Of a stretch of 64,000 nucleotides of DNA, positions 12,375 to 25,538 are shown piece by piece. Source of the stretch: Mobula hypostoma. Lineage: Eukaryota. The stretch spans positions 190,218,001 to 190,282,000 of the forward strand of contig NC_086097.1 in the NCBI RefSeq assembly GCF_963921235.1, given 5' to 3'. The position numbers and the translations under genes were made by a program. A model generated the notes under the pieces. The model searched no databases and was not told the origin of the DNA. It saw only the letters and a list, made by a program, of their open reading frames with translations. Within the stretch, counting starts at the first letter, position 1. The number at the start of each line of letters is the position of its first letter.

Positions 12375-14496
12375 GCTCAACAAAGGCAATTACGGTTGAG
12401 CAAGGCTAGAACTTGTGGGTCTGAACTGGGATGATGTTTTTGCAGGGAAATGTACTATTGATGTTTAGGGATCTCTTGCAGGATGTTAGGGCTAAATTTG
12501 TCCCGGTGAGGAAGATAAAGAATGGCAGGGTGAAGGAACCATGGGTGACAAGTGACGTGGAAAATCTAGTCAGGTAGAAGAAGTAAGCATACATGAGGTT
12601 CAGGAAGCAAGGAACAGATGGGTCTATTGAGGAATATAGGGTAGCAAGAAAGGAGCTTAAGAAGGGGCTGAGAAGAGCAAGAAGGAGGCATGAGAAGGCC
12701 TTGGCAAGTAAGGTAAAGGAAAACCCCAAGGCATTCTTCAATTATGTGAAGAACAAAAGGATGACAAGAGTGAAGGTAGGACCAATTAGAGATAAAGATG
12801 GGAAGACATGTCTGGAGGCTGTGGAAGTGAGCAAGGTCCTCAATGAATACTTCTCTCTGGTATTCACCAGTGAGAGGGAACTTGATGACAGTGAGGACAA
12901 TATGAGTGAGGTTGATGTTCTGGAGCATGTTGATATTAAGGGAGAGGAGGTGTTGGAGTTATTAAAATACATTAGGATGGATAAGTCCAATGGGCCTAAT
13001 GGAATATTTCCCAGCTGCTCCATGAGGCGAAGGAAGAGATTGCTGAGCCGCTGGCTAGGATCTTTATGTCCTCGTTGTCCATGGGAATGGTGAGGATTGG
13101 AGGGAGGCAAATGTTGTCTCCTTGTTCAAAAAAGGTAGTAGGGATAGTCCAGGTAATTATAGACCAGTGAGCCTTACGTCTGTGGTGGGAAAGCTGTTGG
13201 AAAAGTTTCTTAGAGATAGGATCTATGGGCATTTAGAGAATCATGGTCTGATCAGGGACAGTCAGCATAGCTTTGTGAAGAGCAGATCGTGTCTAACAAG
13301 CCTGATAGAGTTCTTTGAGGAGGTGACCAGGCATATAGATGAGGGCAGTGGTGTGGATGTGATCTACATGGATTTTAGTAAGGCATTTGACAAGGTTCCA
13401 CACGGTAAGCTTATTGAGAAAGTCAGAAGGCATGGGATGGATGGAAGTTTGGCCAGGTGGATTCAGAATTGGCTTGCCTGCAGAAGGCAGAGGGTCGTGG
13501 TGGAGGGAGTACATTCAGATTGGAGGGTTGTGACTACAGGCATCGGTTCTGGGACCTCTACTTTTCATGATTTTTATTAACCACCTGGATGTGGGGGTAG
13601 AAGGGTGGGTTGGCAAGTTTGCAGGCGACACAAAGGTTGGTGGTATTGTGGATAGTTTAGAGGATTGTCGAAGACTGCAGAGAGACATTGATAGGATGCA
13701 GAAGTGGGCTGAGAAGTGGCAGATGGAGTTCAACCCGGAGAAGTGTGAGGTGACACTCCAGGGCAGAGTACAAAGTAAGTGGCAGGATACTTGGTAGTGT
13801 GGAGGAGCAGAGGGATCTGGGGGTGCATGTCCACTGATCCCTGAGAGTTGCCTCACAGGTAGATAGGATAGTTAAGAAAGCTAATGGGGTGTTAGCTTTC
13901 ATAAGTCGAGGGATAGAGTTTAAGAGTCGCAAGGTAATGATGCAGCTCTATAAAACTTTGGTTAGGCCACACTTGGAGTACTGTGTCCAGTTCTGGTCGC
14001 CTCACTATAGGAAGAATGTGGAAGCATTGGAAAGGGTACAGAGGAGATTTACCAGGATGCTGCCTGGTTTAGAGAGTATGGATTATGATCAGAGATTAAG
14101 GGAGCTAGGGCTTTACTCTTTGGACAGAAGGAGGATGAGAGGATACATGATAGAGGTGTACAAGATATTAAGAGGAACAGATAGAGTAGATAGCCAGCGC
14201 CTCTTCCCCAGGGCACCACTGCTCAATACAAGAGGACATGGCTTTAAGGTAAGGGGTGGGAAGTTCAAGCGGGATATTGGAGGAAGGTTTTTTACTCAGA
14301 GAGTGGTTGGTGTGTGGAATGCACTGCCTGAGTCAGTGGTGGAGGCAAATAAACTAGTGAAATTTAAGAGACCACTAGACAGGTATATGGAGGAATTTAA
14401 GGTGGGGGGTTATATGGGAGGCAGGGTTTGAGGGTCGGCACAACACTGTGGGCCGAAGGGCCTGTACTGTGCTGTACTATTCTATGTTCTATGTTC
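12375..14496 (+). mobile_element. CR1 LINE, 5'-truncated ORF2 (RT), frameshifted
   Basis: GNYRPVSLTSVVGK, YMDFSKAFDKVPH, KFAGDTK, LVRPHLEYCVQFWSP, FFTQRVVGVWN; (TTCTATG)n tail. Confidence 0.95.
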
Positions 14497-15361
14497 AATA
14501 ATTGCCGGGCTTTCAAACATATTCTGAAAGAATAAAACCATTGCCCTCCAGATGTGTTATTATGTGTTTGATCATCTGCTGCAACCCATTTTTTTTTTTA
14601 GCTCAGATTGCTACATAGCCTCAAGCCCATAAGAGAAATATCAAATTAGATATAAAAGAAACAGTACGGGTCCAAAAAGTACAATGACCCTGAGGAATGT
14701 AAGTATGATACTTACTCAGTAATAATCTTCATGCAGCTGCTTAGCTCTGGAATATTATGAAACCATAGACTAATAACTTAAACCATCCATATTTGAGATG
14801 CCTATAAACATTTAAGCCTTTCAAGTTTTGGGTGGGCCATGGTTGGGGATAGGGAGATGAACAAACAGAACTCGATAAATATAAGTGTCTGTTGCACAAT
14901 ACTTTTTTGCAGTTTGTTGCATGACATCCATGCAAAATGAAAATGGAGTAATGACTCCAATAAAAGTTAAAAACATGTAAACAGAAATGTAGCATCCTGT
15001 CCGAAGAGCATTGAAATGGCATTGTGTGCATATTTCATCAGACTATTCTAATGTTTTCTATTAGAACCTCCACAGTTACCTATTAAATAAAAGGATTACA
15101 GTCTCTGCCTATCTTTTCTCTTCATTAGGCAGGTATATGAATGGTAATTAGTGGAAGATAAATGTACAGTTCACTTTTGTGAGAGAGTTTGGAATAGACA
15201 GAAGCATAAAGTTAAATGACCTAATTTCCCAGTTCAGTAAATCAATCACATATCCTGTCAAATATTATCAACAATTATACCAATGCAAATGCAGGCTAAT
15301 GGAAGATGCATTTATTTTTTATGGGGAGTGAAACAGCTGAATAAAAAGCCAAATTTCCACA

Positions 15362-15512
15362 TGACTGTGCCTTAGTGACTACCGCCCGGTGGCTCTGACA
15401 GCCATCATAACGTAGTGCTTCAGGAGGCTGGTCAGGACGCTCATCATCTTCAGCCTCACAAGCAACCTCAACCCATTGCATTTCCCCTACTGCTAAAACA
15501 GGTCCATGGAAA
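15362..15512 (+). mobile_element. Short Rex1/Babar RT fragment
   Basis: CLSDYRPVALT...NPLHFPY motif. Confidence 0.65.
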
Positions 15513-15981
15513 AGCTACTTAATTATGGAATACATTTATTGTTATGCCCTAAATAAATCAATAATTAAACTTCATTTTCTGCCTTCTTGAATGCAGCCAA
15601 AACACCTGGCTGGATCTCATTGAATGGAAGTAATACATGGATGCAGATGAATTGTTAGAGAGCTGGCAGAGCGCCATCAAAAATATTTTGTAATAATGAG
15701 AGAGAGCAAGAGCGAGAGAGGTATTCTCTCAAGATTTGGAAATATGATTTTTAGTTCCAGCTGACAAATGACAGAAATATTTCTCATTGATGAGGAAATT
15801 CTGACCAAGATTTAATAGCTCCATGGCTGCAGAGGAGTTGGTAGTGCAGAAGGAAATGGAGGTCAGGCTCTAAAGTAATTTTCTTCAATACTTTTTTCTG
15901 CATTGAAGAAAATCACAAGAATAGTAATTTTGTAGAATGTGCGGCCACATCCATTTTTGACATAATCTTAAACTTATCTTT

Positions 15982-16010
15982 CCAGGATCTACAGAATCTC
16001 TTGTGTTTAC
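15982..16010 (+). mobile_element. 29-bp Penelope-like extreme 3' end insertion
   Basis: CCAGGATCTACAGAATCTCTTGTGTTTAC matches the tail end of the other copies. Perfect 12-bp direct repeat AAACTTATCTTT on both sides. Confidence 0.65.
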
Positions 16011-17973
16011 AAACTTATCTTTTCTAGGTAATGTGTGAAAGATTGAACACAGCACAATATTTTGTCTTAATACATTATTCCTTCTACAGGTCTATATGCT
16101 GCATACTGTCATCATTTGTCTTTTATATGAATTTCATAAATTATGACTGAATTATTAGTGTTTTTACTGTTAACTGATATTCACTTCTGCCTAACAACTG
16201 AATCAGACAATCAGCAAATAAGAGAGATTCATGCTCTTTTTTCAATGTCCATATCCTGGTCTGTCTGTTCACCTTTATATCGTGAAAGCATCTATCCTGA
16301 ACATAGTTCAGACCCTTTATAGCACAAAATCAACTTTTGTTCTATTTATTATCACTCAACCAACTTTATCCATCCATTATTTTTCTTTTTCCACCATTGG
16401 CATGCCAGATTTCTTTTCCATTGGCATCTGAAATTGCAACGTGAACAATGCTCCTGACATAATAAAGGCAAAATTTAACCTCCATCCATCAAAACATAAG
16501 TTCACAGACTCAAATTAAATTTGCAGGAACAGGTCATTTACACTGTAACCGTCATTGGCCCACATTTCTTTGGTGCTTAAGCTGCTTTATTAGTAGTAAA
16601 ATGGCCTTGTTCCAAAAGCAAAACCGAGATCAGGAAAGGCTCCTAGCTGAACTTAGTCATTGTGGAATAAAAAAAGTTTTCAGTTAATTATTATACCTTT
16701 CTGAAGGCATGAATTCCTAATAATGCCATTAATGTTAGTTCTCTGTATTTAAGAGTAATGAGAACACTCCCTTCCCACTAGGTATAATGGGATTATGTTG
16801 GGTTCAGTGATATTCTCAGCATTCACATTGGATATTCCCAACCAATTTTCAACCACAGCCAAGAATTCTAGCAAGTTATACACTACAAAATAGAGGATAC
16901 CAGAAAAACACTATACCCTTTGAGCCCTTCTTTTCTATTATTGCATCTCACTTGTAACACTACTGAAAATACATGTCTGCAAAAGGAATACTTTACAGAG
17001 ACATAAATGAACTATCTCATTCGTACAATTAACCAGCTCCTATTCACCACTCAATGACACTTCACTAGCTTTCCATTCACCATGTAAGACCGTACTGCCA
17101 CTGTTTTTTCAAGCCAACACAAATAAAGATGAGGGTCTTGCAGTTGTTCTTTGATCTATCAGACTCATTAAACCTGTGATGTGTCAAGGGTAAAGGAGGT
17201 AGGCCTACAAGAGGTGAATGCTCTGTGTTTGCTACCCTCACACAGCAGTGTAAGGTGCAAGGCACAGCACATAACGAGCCACGATAGTGAACCCCTCACT
17301 GGCCCAAATGAACGACAAGAAGCATATTCATCCCTACTGTCCTTCAGCCCAGGCTGTCGCAGGCGCAAGCAAGACCAAATGACCCATATTGGTCATTTTG
17401 GAGTTTATTGTCCCAAGTTTGTCTTCCAAACCAGCAAGAGCAGTAAGATTATTTAATAGAGGCTGTCCAAAATTGAACCAGAATGAAACAGTGTTTGGAA
17501 CCTGACAAAAATGGACAAAATAATTTCATCAAGTTTTATGAATTTAATCACATTGATTTGACAACTAAAACCTAATTTAAACAGTAGAGTAGAAAGTCTG
17601 CCTCTGAGGAATAATTCGAGTCTGCCCTCACTAAATTATTCAGTGTGGGTCTCAGCTGATGCAGGTGGACAGCATTGTATATGTTGTGCCGAATATCAAA
17701 TAATATGAAAATTCAGCAAGAATTCTCTTAGGACATGGCTATGAAGATCAATTAGCGGTGCCTTAGAATTTTTCCATAGATTTTATGAATACCAATTTTA
17801 AACAATTTCAAATGTCATCTGCAAGATCCCAGACATATTTTTGCTGCAGCATTTTTATTTGAAGTTAAACTTACTTTACGTTCTTTATTATCATTTACTG
17901 CCAGAGATCGCAAAATTCAAACATCTATACTGATGCAGACCAATTACTTGGTTGGAGAGAGGCTGCACATGTC

Positions 17974-18137
17974 AAAAACACAAAGAGATTCTGCAGGAGC
18001 TGGAAATCCAGAGTAATTCACACAAAATGCTGGAGGAACCCCGCAGGTCAGACAGCGTCTACTGAAAGGAATAAACAGTTGACATTTCAGGCTGAGACTC
18101 TTCATAAGGACTGGAAAGGACAGGGATAAGAAGCCAG
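17974..18137 (-). mobile_element. Penelope-like 3' terminal unit (degenerate hammerhead)
   Basis: Homologous to 23265-23410 (CAGTTGACATTTCAGGCTGAGACTCTTCATAAGGACT). Confidence 0.75.
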
Positions 18138-19289
18138 ATGCCAAAGTCTCATTCATCAATTGGGCATCTGCCACACCAGAGAAGACAATGGAACAAATAA
18201 CATGCACTTGGGCAGCTCATCCTCAATCATCTCTGATCTTTTTCTGGCTACTCACTCTGTGGTAGCCAAGTCCATAGTAGCCAGCAATTGACTAAGCCAC
18301 TGGGAGATGGTTAGAATCCCCACCATTCGTCTACTGCAGTTTGTAGTTCATGGCACCTTGTTCCGCACCCAGTGCAATCTCCTCCTTCAGTCTCCATACA
18401 TCACCAGTTTAATTAGTCTGTTGGGTCAAAGAGTGATTTCCAGAGTCCTGCCCTTAATTATTTGTGCTGATTTGAAAGAACTGTAGCTGTAGAATTGATC
18501 TTAATTAGTGAATAAAAAGCTAATGAAGTGCCATGAAGTGATGAAAAGGAAGGAGTTCACTAATTATATGGATGAAATAGCTCATTATATTTCTGCAGAT
18601 TGTTTTTATTTTGTTATAAATCTTATGCTTGAATACATGGACGCATGTCTGAGATTAACCTGTAAGTGAAGGTTGAATATGGAAATATGGTGATGGAATT
18701 TATGACAGATGGGATCTGTTGCTGCTTTCAACAATCTTAACCACAAGGATGAACTTCATAACCTTGTTGCACTCCTGGTTCTAAATTCTCAGAGAGCTCT
18801 GTGATCATTTCCTCCCACTAACTTCAGTTCAGTTCTTGGTGGCTGTTGAGCCACCAAATGTGCAGGGTTCTTTCTGCTGCCCCAGCTCTCCCACCAGTAT
18901 CTTAGTGAAACAGAGTTCCACACCTGTCATTATGAACATCACAACTGCCTTAGATCCACTACTTCTGGTAGATATCAGGTTCTGTGGCTATGCACCATTT
19001 CAGAGGCAAAGGCAGAATTTTCTTTTGCGCATTTTTCTTTCTTAAATAACATGAAATTTTCACACATATAGTATATTCATTCATGGGAAATATAGTATTG
19101 ATATCTAATGATAGTAAAACCTCACAAATTGCTCACACTAAATTCCAGTTGCCAACTTTTCACTCACATACTAAATCTATATCCTTTTGCAGAGTCACAA
19201 CATCCTCATTGCAACATTGCTGGCAACTATGTTTATGCGATCAACACACTAGGATACCTTACTCTCTGCTCCCTCCTCCTGGTCATTAA

Positions 19290-19690
19290 TATTATTGGAT
19301 AAATAATTGAGGGCCAAGAATTGATTCTTGGACTACTCCCCAAGTTACATCCACCCAGAATGAAATAGATCCCTTGTTTAATGTTATTGGTCTGTCATAT
19401 ACAAGAAGATGGGAACCACTGATTTAGACTCACTGTCTACTATGCCTTTGATCTACAGTAACACAACTCCTTTTTTCTTCTGCAACATATGCCTTCTGGA
19501 AATCCAAATATACAGCATCTATAGTTTCCCCTCTATCAACTCTATTCATTACATTCTTGAAGAACACTGATAAATTTGTCCAAATGATTTACCTTTCATG
19601 CTGACTTGTTCTGATTACATTAAGCTTCCTTATTACTTTGACTGATAACTCCCAGTCCTCTAAGTTTTTCTGTAGCTTTAAATCAAGGTG
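19290..19690 (-). mobile_element. Old CR1 RT fragment
   Basis: Minus-strand YLDFQKA motif at ~19492-19512; heavily decayed. Confidence 0.6.
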
Positions 19691-22600
19691 GATGGTTCCA
19701 TATTTTAGGCCTTTGGTTTTAAAATCAAAATCCTTGATGAACTGTGGAGACAACAGTGTGATATTTATAATGGTTTCTGCTGCAGGTAAAACTGCAGTGA
19801 TACTACTTTCCAATAAATTGCAAAAGTAACTTACATTGCAACAGTCTGTATTTGGCTTGAAGCCAGATTATACAAATGATGCCAAATCCAAAGCACAACC
19901 AAGTAAGTCATCCTGTGTTGTTATAGAATATGTTAACCATACTTGTATTCTAGTTAACACAGCAGGATAAATTAAACATTGTGGGAAGCGCTTTCCAAGT
20001 ATCTGATGATGCAGTTCTTCATTTAATATGCATTATTTATTGTTGCTTTATGCTGTGGTACTGCTTCATTGAACCTTTCATTTTAAATTTCTTCTCCGTA
20101 CTTTGTTCTAGGCCTTTATTTTTCCATTTTTTTTTTCAGCCCAATAGGATTTATTTTGTGTTTTCCAACATTCAACATTCTTTGATAACTGCTGGTGTGA
20201 GGGATAATCTTCTTATGATTCAATTGATTAGGTTCCATTTCTGCTGTGAATAGAGCACTTTACATACAGTTTCAGCAGCTGAGTATACTTATGATCCCTA
20301 CAAGGTCTTTTAAGTTCATTATGCATTACTAATTGATAAGGTTTGTTGAATGTTATATGTTAGATATTTTGATGCATTTCATTTTGTGGCACAATTTCAG
20401 CAAATGTTTATTTAGTGTTTCAGTAGTGTATTTAATATTGGCTGTAAAAGGGTGAGTGCCATCAAGCAGGCAATTGTCTGTAGAGGCTTGCTCAACTAGT
20501 CTCGAGAGACCCCTGCTATGCTGGCTGAGCTTGTAAATCTGTTCAGTTCATCAGCCACAAAGCTACATAAGGAGCCTACCACAATACAGGCAGTGAAGAT
20601 GAACATCATAAAGTGAGAGTGATCTGAGCTGGGAACCTCGCAGGACCACAAGAAAGAGAATGCCAAGGGTGGAATTTCAGTCACTCAAATCGTGAGTCAT
20701 GAAATCATGCAGAGCTCACAGAAAGATGGCTGAAGGCCGAATAATTTTGATAAAATGATAATATTTGGAGTGAATAGAAAGGCCTCTCTGTTCTAATAAA
20801 ATTGTATAAGTTTCAAAAGAGAGTGACAGTGAACTGAATACAGATATTCAGAAGAGTAAGAAAGTTACCCTGCTGATGGATTTAAGGTCAGGTACCTACA
20901 AAAGTGCTAGTTAATTTATTAGTACCTCAGAGGCGATCAATGTCTCATTTAATGAAGCTATTGAAATTCCTTCAAACAAGAGCCCTCAGAATTTTTGTTG
21001 GCTGTATATTCTGTAGTCACAGTCAAAAGCTTTGAGATATGATTGGTGGTTCCATTGTCAAGCTAAAGAATTTATGGCACCACTGTAATTTTGAGTTGTT
21101 TTGATACCATGCATTGTGATTTTTTTGTGTCGGTGGACTTACAGTTGAAAGCAGTCAGACTAAGCCTTTTAATACAGCATTGTTCCATTTGAAAAAGCAT
21201 GCTTGAGCTTCAGAAAAAGTGAGGACATTTAATTTCAAGGCCCAAGATTGTTTATTATCTTTTTCCATGAGTGTTAAGGAGAACAAAATAATTGTTACTC
21301 TGGATCCCATGCAGCATAAGAAAACACAATAACCATAAAAAAGACAACGATATTCTCGTGGTCCTGGCATGGGTACTGTATAGCTTCTTCCCTGATGGGA
21401 GTGGGATAAATATGCAGGATTAGAAACCATAGAGACCATAGAAAAACCACAGCATAGAAACAGGCCTTCTTGGCTGTGTCGAACTATTTTCTGCCTAGTC
21501 CCACTGACCTGCACACGGACCATATCCCTCCATACACCTCCCATCCATGTATCTGTCCAATTTATTCTTAAATGTTAAAAAAGAACCCGCATTTATCACC
21601 TCATCTGGCAGCTCATTCCATACTCCCATCACTCTCTGTGTGAAGAAGCCCCCCCTAATGTTCCCTTTAAACTTTTCCCCCTTCACCCTTAACCCATGTC
21701 CTCTGTTTTTTTCTCCCCTTGCCTCAGTGGAAAAAGCCTGCTTGCAATCATTCTATCTATACCCATCATAATTTTATATACCTCTATCAAATCTCCCCTC
21801 ATTCTTCTATGCTCCAGGGAATAAAGTCCTAACCTATTCAACCTTTCTCTGTAACTGAGTTTCTCAAGTCCCAGCAACATCCTTGTAAACCTTCTCTGCA
21901 CTCTTTCAACCTTATTAATATCCTTCCTGTAGTTTGGTGACCAAAACTTAACACAATACTCCAGATTCGGCCTCACCAATGCCTTATACAACCTCATCAT
22001 AACATTCCAGCTCTTATACTCAATACTTTGATTAAAAAGGCCAACGTACCAAAAGCTCTCTTTACGACCCTATCTACCTGTGACGCCACTTTTAGGGAAT
22101 TTTGTATCTGTATCCCCAGATCCCTCTGTTCTACTGCACTCCTCAGTGCCTTACCATTTACCCTGTATGTTTTACCTTGGTTTGTCCTTCCAAAGTGCAA
22201 TACCTCACACTTGTCTGTATTAAACTACATCTGCCATTTTTCAGCCCATTTTTTCAGCTGGTCCAAGTCCCTCTGCAGGCTCTGAAAACCTTCCTCACTG
22301 TCCATTACACCTCTAATCTTTGTATCATCAGCAAATTTGCTGATCCAATTTACCACATTATCATCCAGATCATTGATATAGATGACAAATCACAATGGAT
22401 CCAGTACTGATCCCTGGGGCACACCACTAGTTACAGGCCTCCACTCTGAGAAGCAATTCTCTGCTACCACTCTTTGGCTTCTTCCACTAAGCCAATGTCT
22501 AATCCAATTTACCACCTCTCCATGTATACCTAACAACTGAATTTTCCAAACTAACCTCCCATGCAGGACCTTGTCAAAAGCCTTATTGAAGTCTATGTAG

Positions 22601-23264
22601 ACAACATCCACTGCCTTCCCTTCATCCACTTTCCTGGTAACCTCTTCGAAACCCTCCAATAGATTGATCAAACATGACCTACCACGCACAAAGCAATGGT
22701 GACTCTCCCTAATAAGTCCCTGTCTATCCAAATGCTTGTAGATTCTGTCTCTTAGTACTCCCTCCAATAACTTACACACTACCACCGTCAAACTTACCGG
22801 CCTACAATTTCCCGGATTACTTTTTGATCCTTTTTTAAACAACGGAACAACATGAGCTACTCTCCAATCCTCCGGCACCTCACCCGTAGACACCGACATT
22901 TTAAATATATCTGCCAGGGTCCCTGCCATTTCAACACTGTCAGGTCCTGGGGATTTATCCACTTTAATTTGCCTCAAGATAGCAAGCACCTCCTCCTTTT
23001 CAATCTGTACAGTTTCCATGATCTCATTACTTGTTTCCCTTAATTCCATAGACTTCATGCCAGTTTCCTTAGTAAACACAGACGCAAAAAACCCAGTTAA
23101 GATCTCCCCCATTTCTTTTGGTTCCGCATATATCCGACCACTCTGATCTTCAAGAGGACCAATTTTATCCCTTACAATCTTTTTACTCTTAATATACCTG
23201 TAAAAGCTCTTTGGATTATCCTTCACTCTGACTGCCAAGGCAACCTCATGTCTTCTTTTAGCCC

Positions 23265-23915
23265 AAACAACAGGAATTCTGCAGATGCTGGAAATTCAAG
23301 CAACATACATCAAAGTTGCTGGTGAACGCAGCAGGCCAGGCAGCATCTATAGGAAGAGGCGCAGTCGACGTTTCAGGCCGAGACCCTTCGTCAGGACTAA
23401 CTGAAGGAAGAGTGAGTAAGGGATTTGAAAGCTGGAGGGGGAGGAGGAGATGCAAAATGATAGGAGAAGACAGGAGGGGGAGGGATGGAGCCGAGAGCTG
23501 GACAGGTGATAGGCAGAAGGGGATACGAGAGGATCATGGGACAGGAGGTCCGGGAAGAAAGACGGGGGGGGGGTGACCCAGAGGATGGGCAAGAGGTATA
23601 TTCAGAGGGACAGAGGGAGAAAAAGGAGAGTGAGAGAAAGAATGTGTGCATTAAAAAGAGTAACAGATGGGGTACGAGGGGGAGGTGGGGCCTAGCGGAA
23701 GTTAGAGAAGTCAATGTTCATGCCATCAGGTTGGAGGCTACCCAGACGGAATATAAGGTGTTGTTCCTCCAACCTGAGTGTGGCTTCATCTTTACAGTAG
23801 AGGAGGCCGTGGATAGACATGTCAGAATGGGAATGGGATGTGGAATTAAAATGTGTGGCCACTGGGAGATCCTGCTTTCTCTGGCGGACAGAGCGTAGAT
23901 GTTCAGCAAAGATGT
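23265..23915 (-). mobile_element. Penelope-like element 3' fragment inserted in CR1
   Basis: GIY-YIG C-terminus + UTR + hammerhead. 14-bp TSD TCTTCTTTTAGCCC at 23251-23264 and 23916-23929. Confidence 0.9.
23363..23398 (-). ncRNA. Minimal type-I hammerhead ribozyme motif (Penelope type)
   Basis: Minus strand AGUC-CUGACGA-AGGGUCUCGGCCU-GAAAC-GUC-GACU. Stem I AGUC/GACU, core CUGANGA...GAAA, GUC cleavage triplet, loopless palindromic ACGU stem III. Confidence 0.8.
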
Positions 23916-25305
23916 TCTTCTTTTAGCCCTCCTGATTTCTTTCTTAAGTATTTTCTTACACTTTTTATACTCCTCAGGCACCTTATTTACTCCCTGCTTC
24001 CTATACATGCCATACAATTCTCTCTTCTTCTTTATCAGAGTTGCAATATCCCTTGAGAACCAAGGTTCCTTATTCCGATTCACTTTGCCTTTAATCCTGA
24101 CAGGAACATACAAGCTCTGCACTCTCAAAATTTCTCCTTTGAAGGCTTCACACTTACTGATCACATCCTTGCCAGAGAACAACCTATCTCAATCCACGCT
24201 TTTTAGATCCTTTCTCATTTCTTCAAATTTGGCCTTCTTCCAGTTAAGAACCTCAACCCTAGGACCAGATCTATCCTTGTCCATGAGCAAGTTGAAACTA
24301 GTGGTGTTATGATCACTGGAACCCAAGTGCTCCCCTACACACACTTCCGTCACTTGTCCTAACTCGTTTCCTAACAGGAAATCCAACATCGCATCCTCTC
24401 TAGTTGGTACCTCTATATATTGACTTAGAAAACTTTCGTGAACACATTTTACAAACTCTAAGCCATCTAGACCCCTAACAATATGGGAGTCCCAATCAAT
24501 ATATGGAAAATTAAAATCCCCTACCACCACAACTTTATGTTTCCTGTAGTTGCCTGCAATCTCTCTGCAGGATTGATGGGATCTTTCATGTTGTTGCTGT
24601 TTCTTTTCCATTATCTTTCTGTAAATATGTGCTTGATGGTGGGTAGACTGGTGCCAATGAAGCACTGGACTGTTTTAACTACCCATTGTAGAGCCCTCCT
24701 GTCCACTCCAGTGCAGTCTCTGTAGCACACAGTGATGCAACATGTTAGGATGCTCCCCACTGCACTTCTGTAAAAGGCCATGAGTACTGGTGCACATGAA
24801 CCAGCTCTCTTCAGCCTGCTCAGAAAGTAGAGGTGGTGCTGAGCTTTCTTGACCATAGGTGTCTGTTCTAGGACCATGAAAGATTGTGTGAGATGTGCAC
24901 TGCCAGGAGGGCTCCTTGCAGTTTCCACTGCTGAGCCATCAGTATGAAGAGGTTGTGAGTGGTATGGGTTTTCCTGAAGTCAATACCATCTTTTTCATCT
25001 TATTGACATTGGGGAAGAGGTTATTTGTCTAGTAATATTAAGATATATATAAAGGTTAATAGTAATGTATTGGCAAAAAGTATAGACATAACTGCAGTGT
25101 ATTCAATCACAGGGTAGACATTTATATTCATTTATATTGCGAGGTTTAATAGCATTCCCTGCACTGGCAATCGCAGTGTTATGTATGTACTCAAGTGAAA
25201 CACTTAGATAGGGGGTGTTGGGACGTGAGATCAGAAGGATCACAAAATTACATTATTAACAATTGTGGCTGACTACCCACACAGATGCACAATGGCAGGC
25301 AGAGT

Positions 25306-25538
25306 AACACACACAAAATGTTAGTGGAACTCAGCAGGTCAGGCAACATCTATGAAAAAGGATAAAGAGTCAATATTTTGCACCAGGACCTAATGAGAGA
25401 CCTCAATGAAGGGTCTCTGCCCAAAACATTGACTCTTTATTCCTCTCCATAGATACTCCCGGACCTGCTGGGTTCCTCCAGCAATTTTTGTGTGTTACTT
25501 TGGATTTCCAGCATCTGCACAATCTCTTGTGTTTATTA
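25306..25538. mobile_element. Fold-back Penelope-like tail element
   Basis: Two inverted tail copies joined at the hammerhead region. 10-bp TSD CAGGCAGAGT at 25296-25305 and 25539-25548. Confidence 0.8.

Larger units (their letters stand above)
21422..24565 (-). mobile_element. CR1 LINE ORF2 (endonuclease C-terminus + RT), decayed
   Basis: VVGDFNFPYIDW, SSDHN, GNCRPVSLT, YIDFNKAFDKV, SGVPQGSVL. 9-bp TSD TGCAGGATT at 21413-21421 and 24566-24574. Confidence 0.95.
21232..25030 (-). mobile_element. Rex1/Babar 3' fragment, split by a CR1 insertion
   Basis: ORF 24611-24928 reads KKAQHHLYFLSRLKRAG...FYRSAVGSILTCCITV. The 3' UTR and tail lie at 21232-21412. Confidence 0.75.

Noticed and set aside
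16011..16035. Second AG|GT recursive-site-like motif (also ~19785)
   Set aside because: Weaker donor and shorter pyrimidine tract; expected by chance in AT-rich DNA.
23265..23398. Recurrent ~130-bp repeats as a CRISPR-like array or tRNA genes
   Set aside because: They are dispersed, TSD-flanked and attached to GIY-YIG coding sequence, with no spacer structure or cloverleaf.
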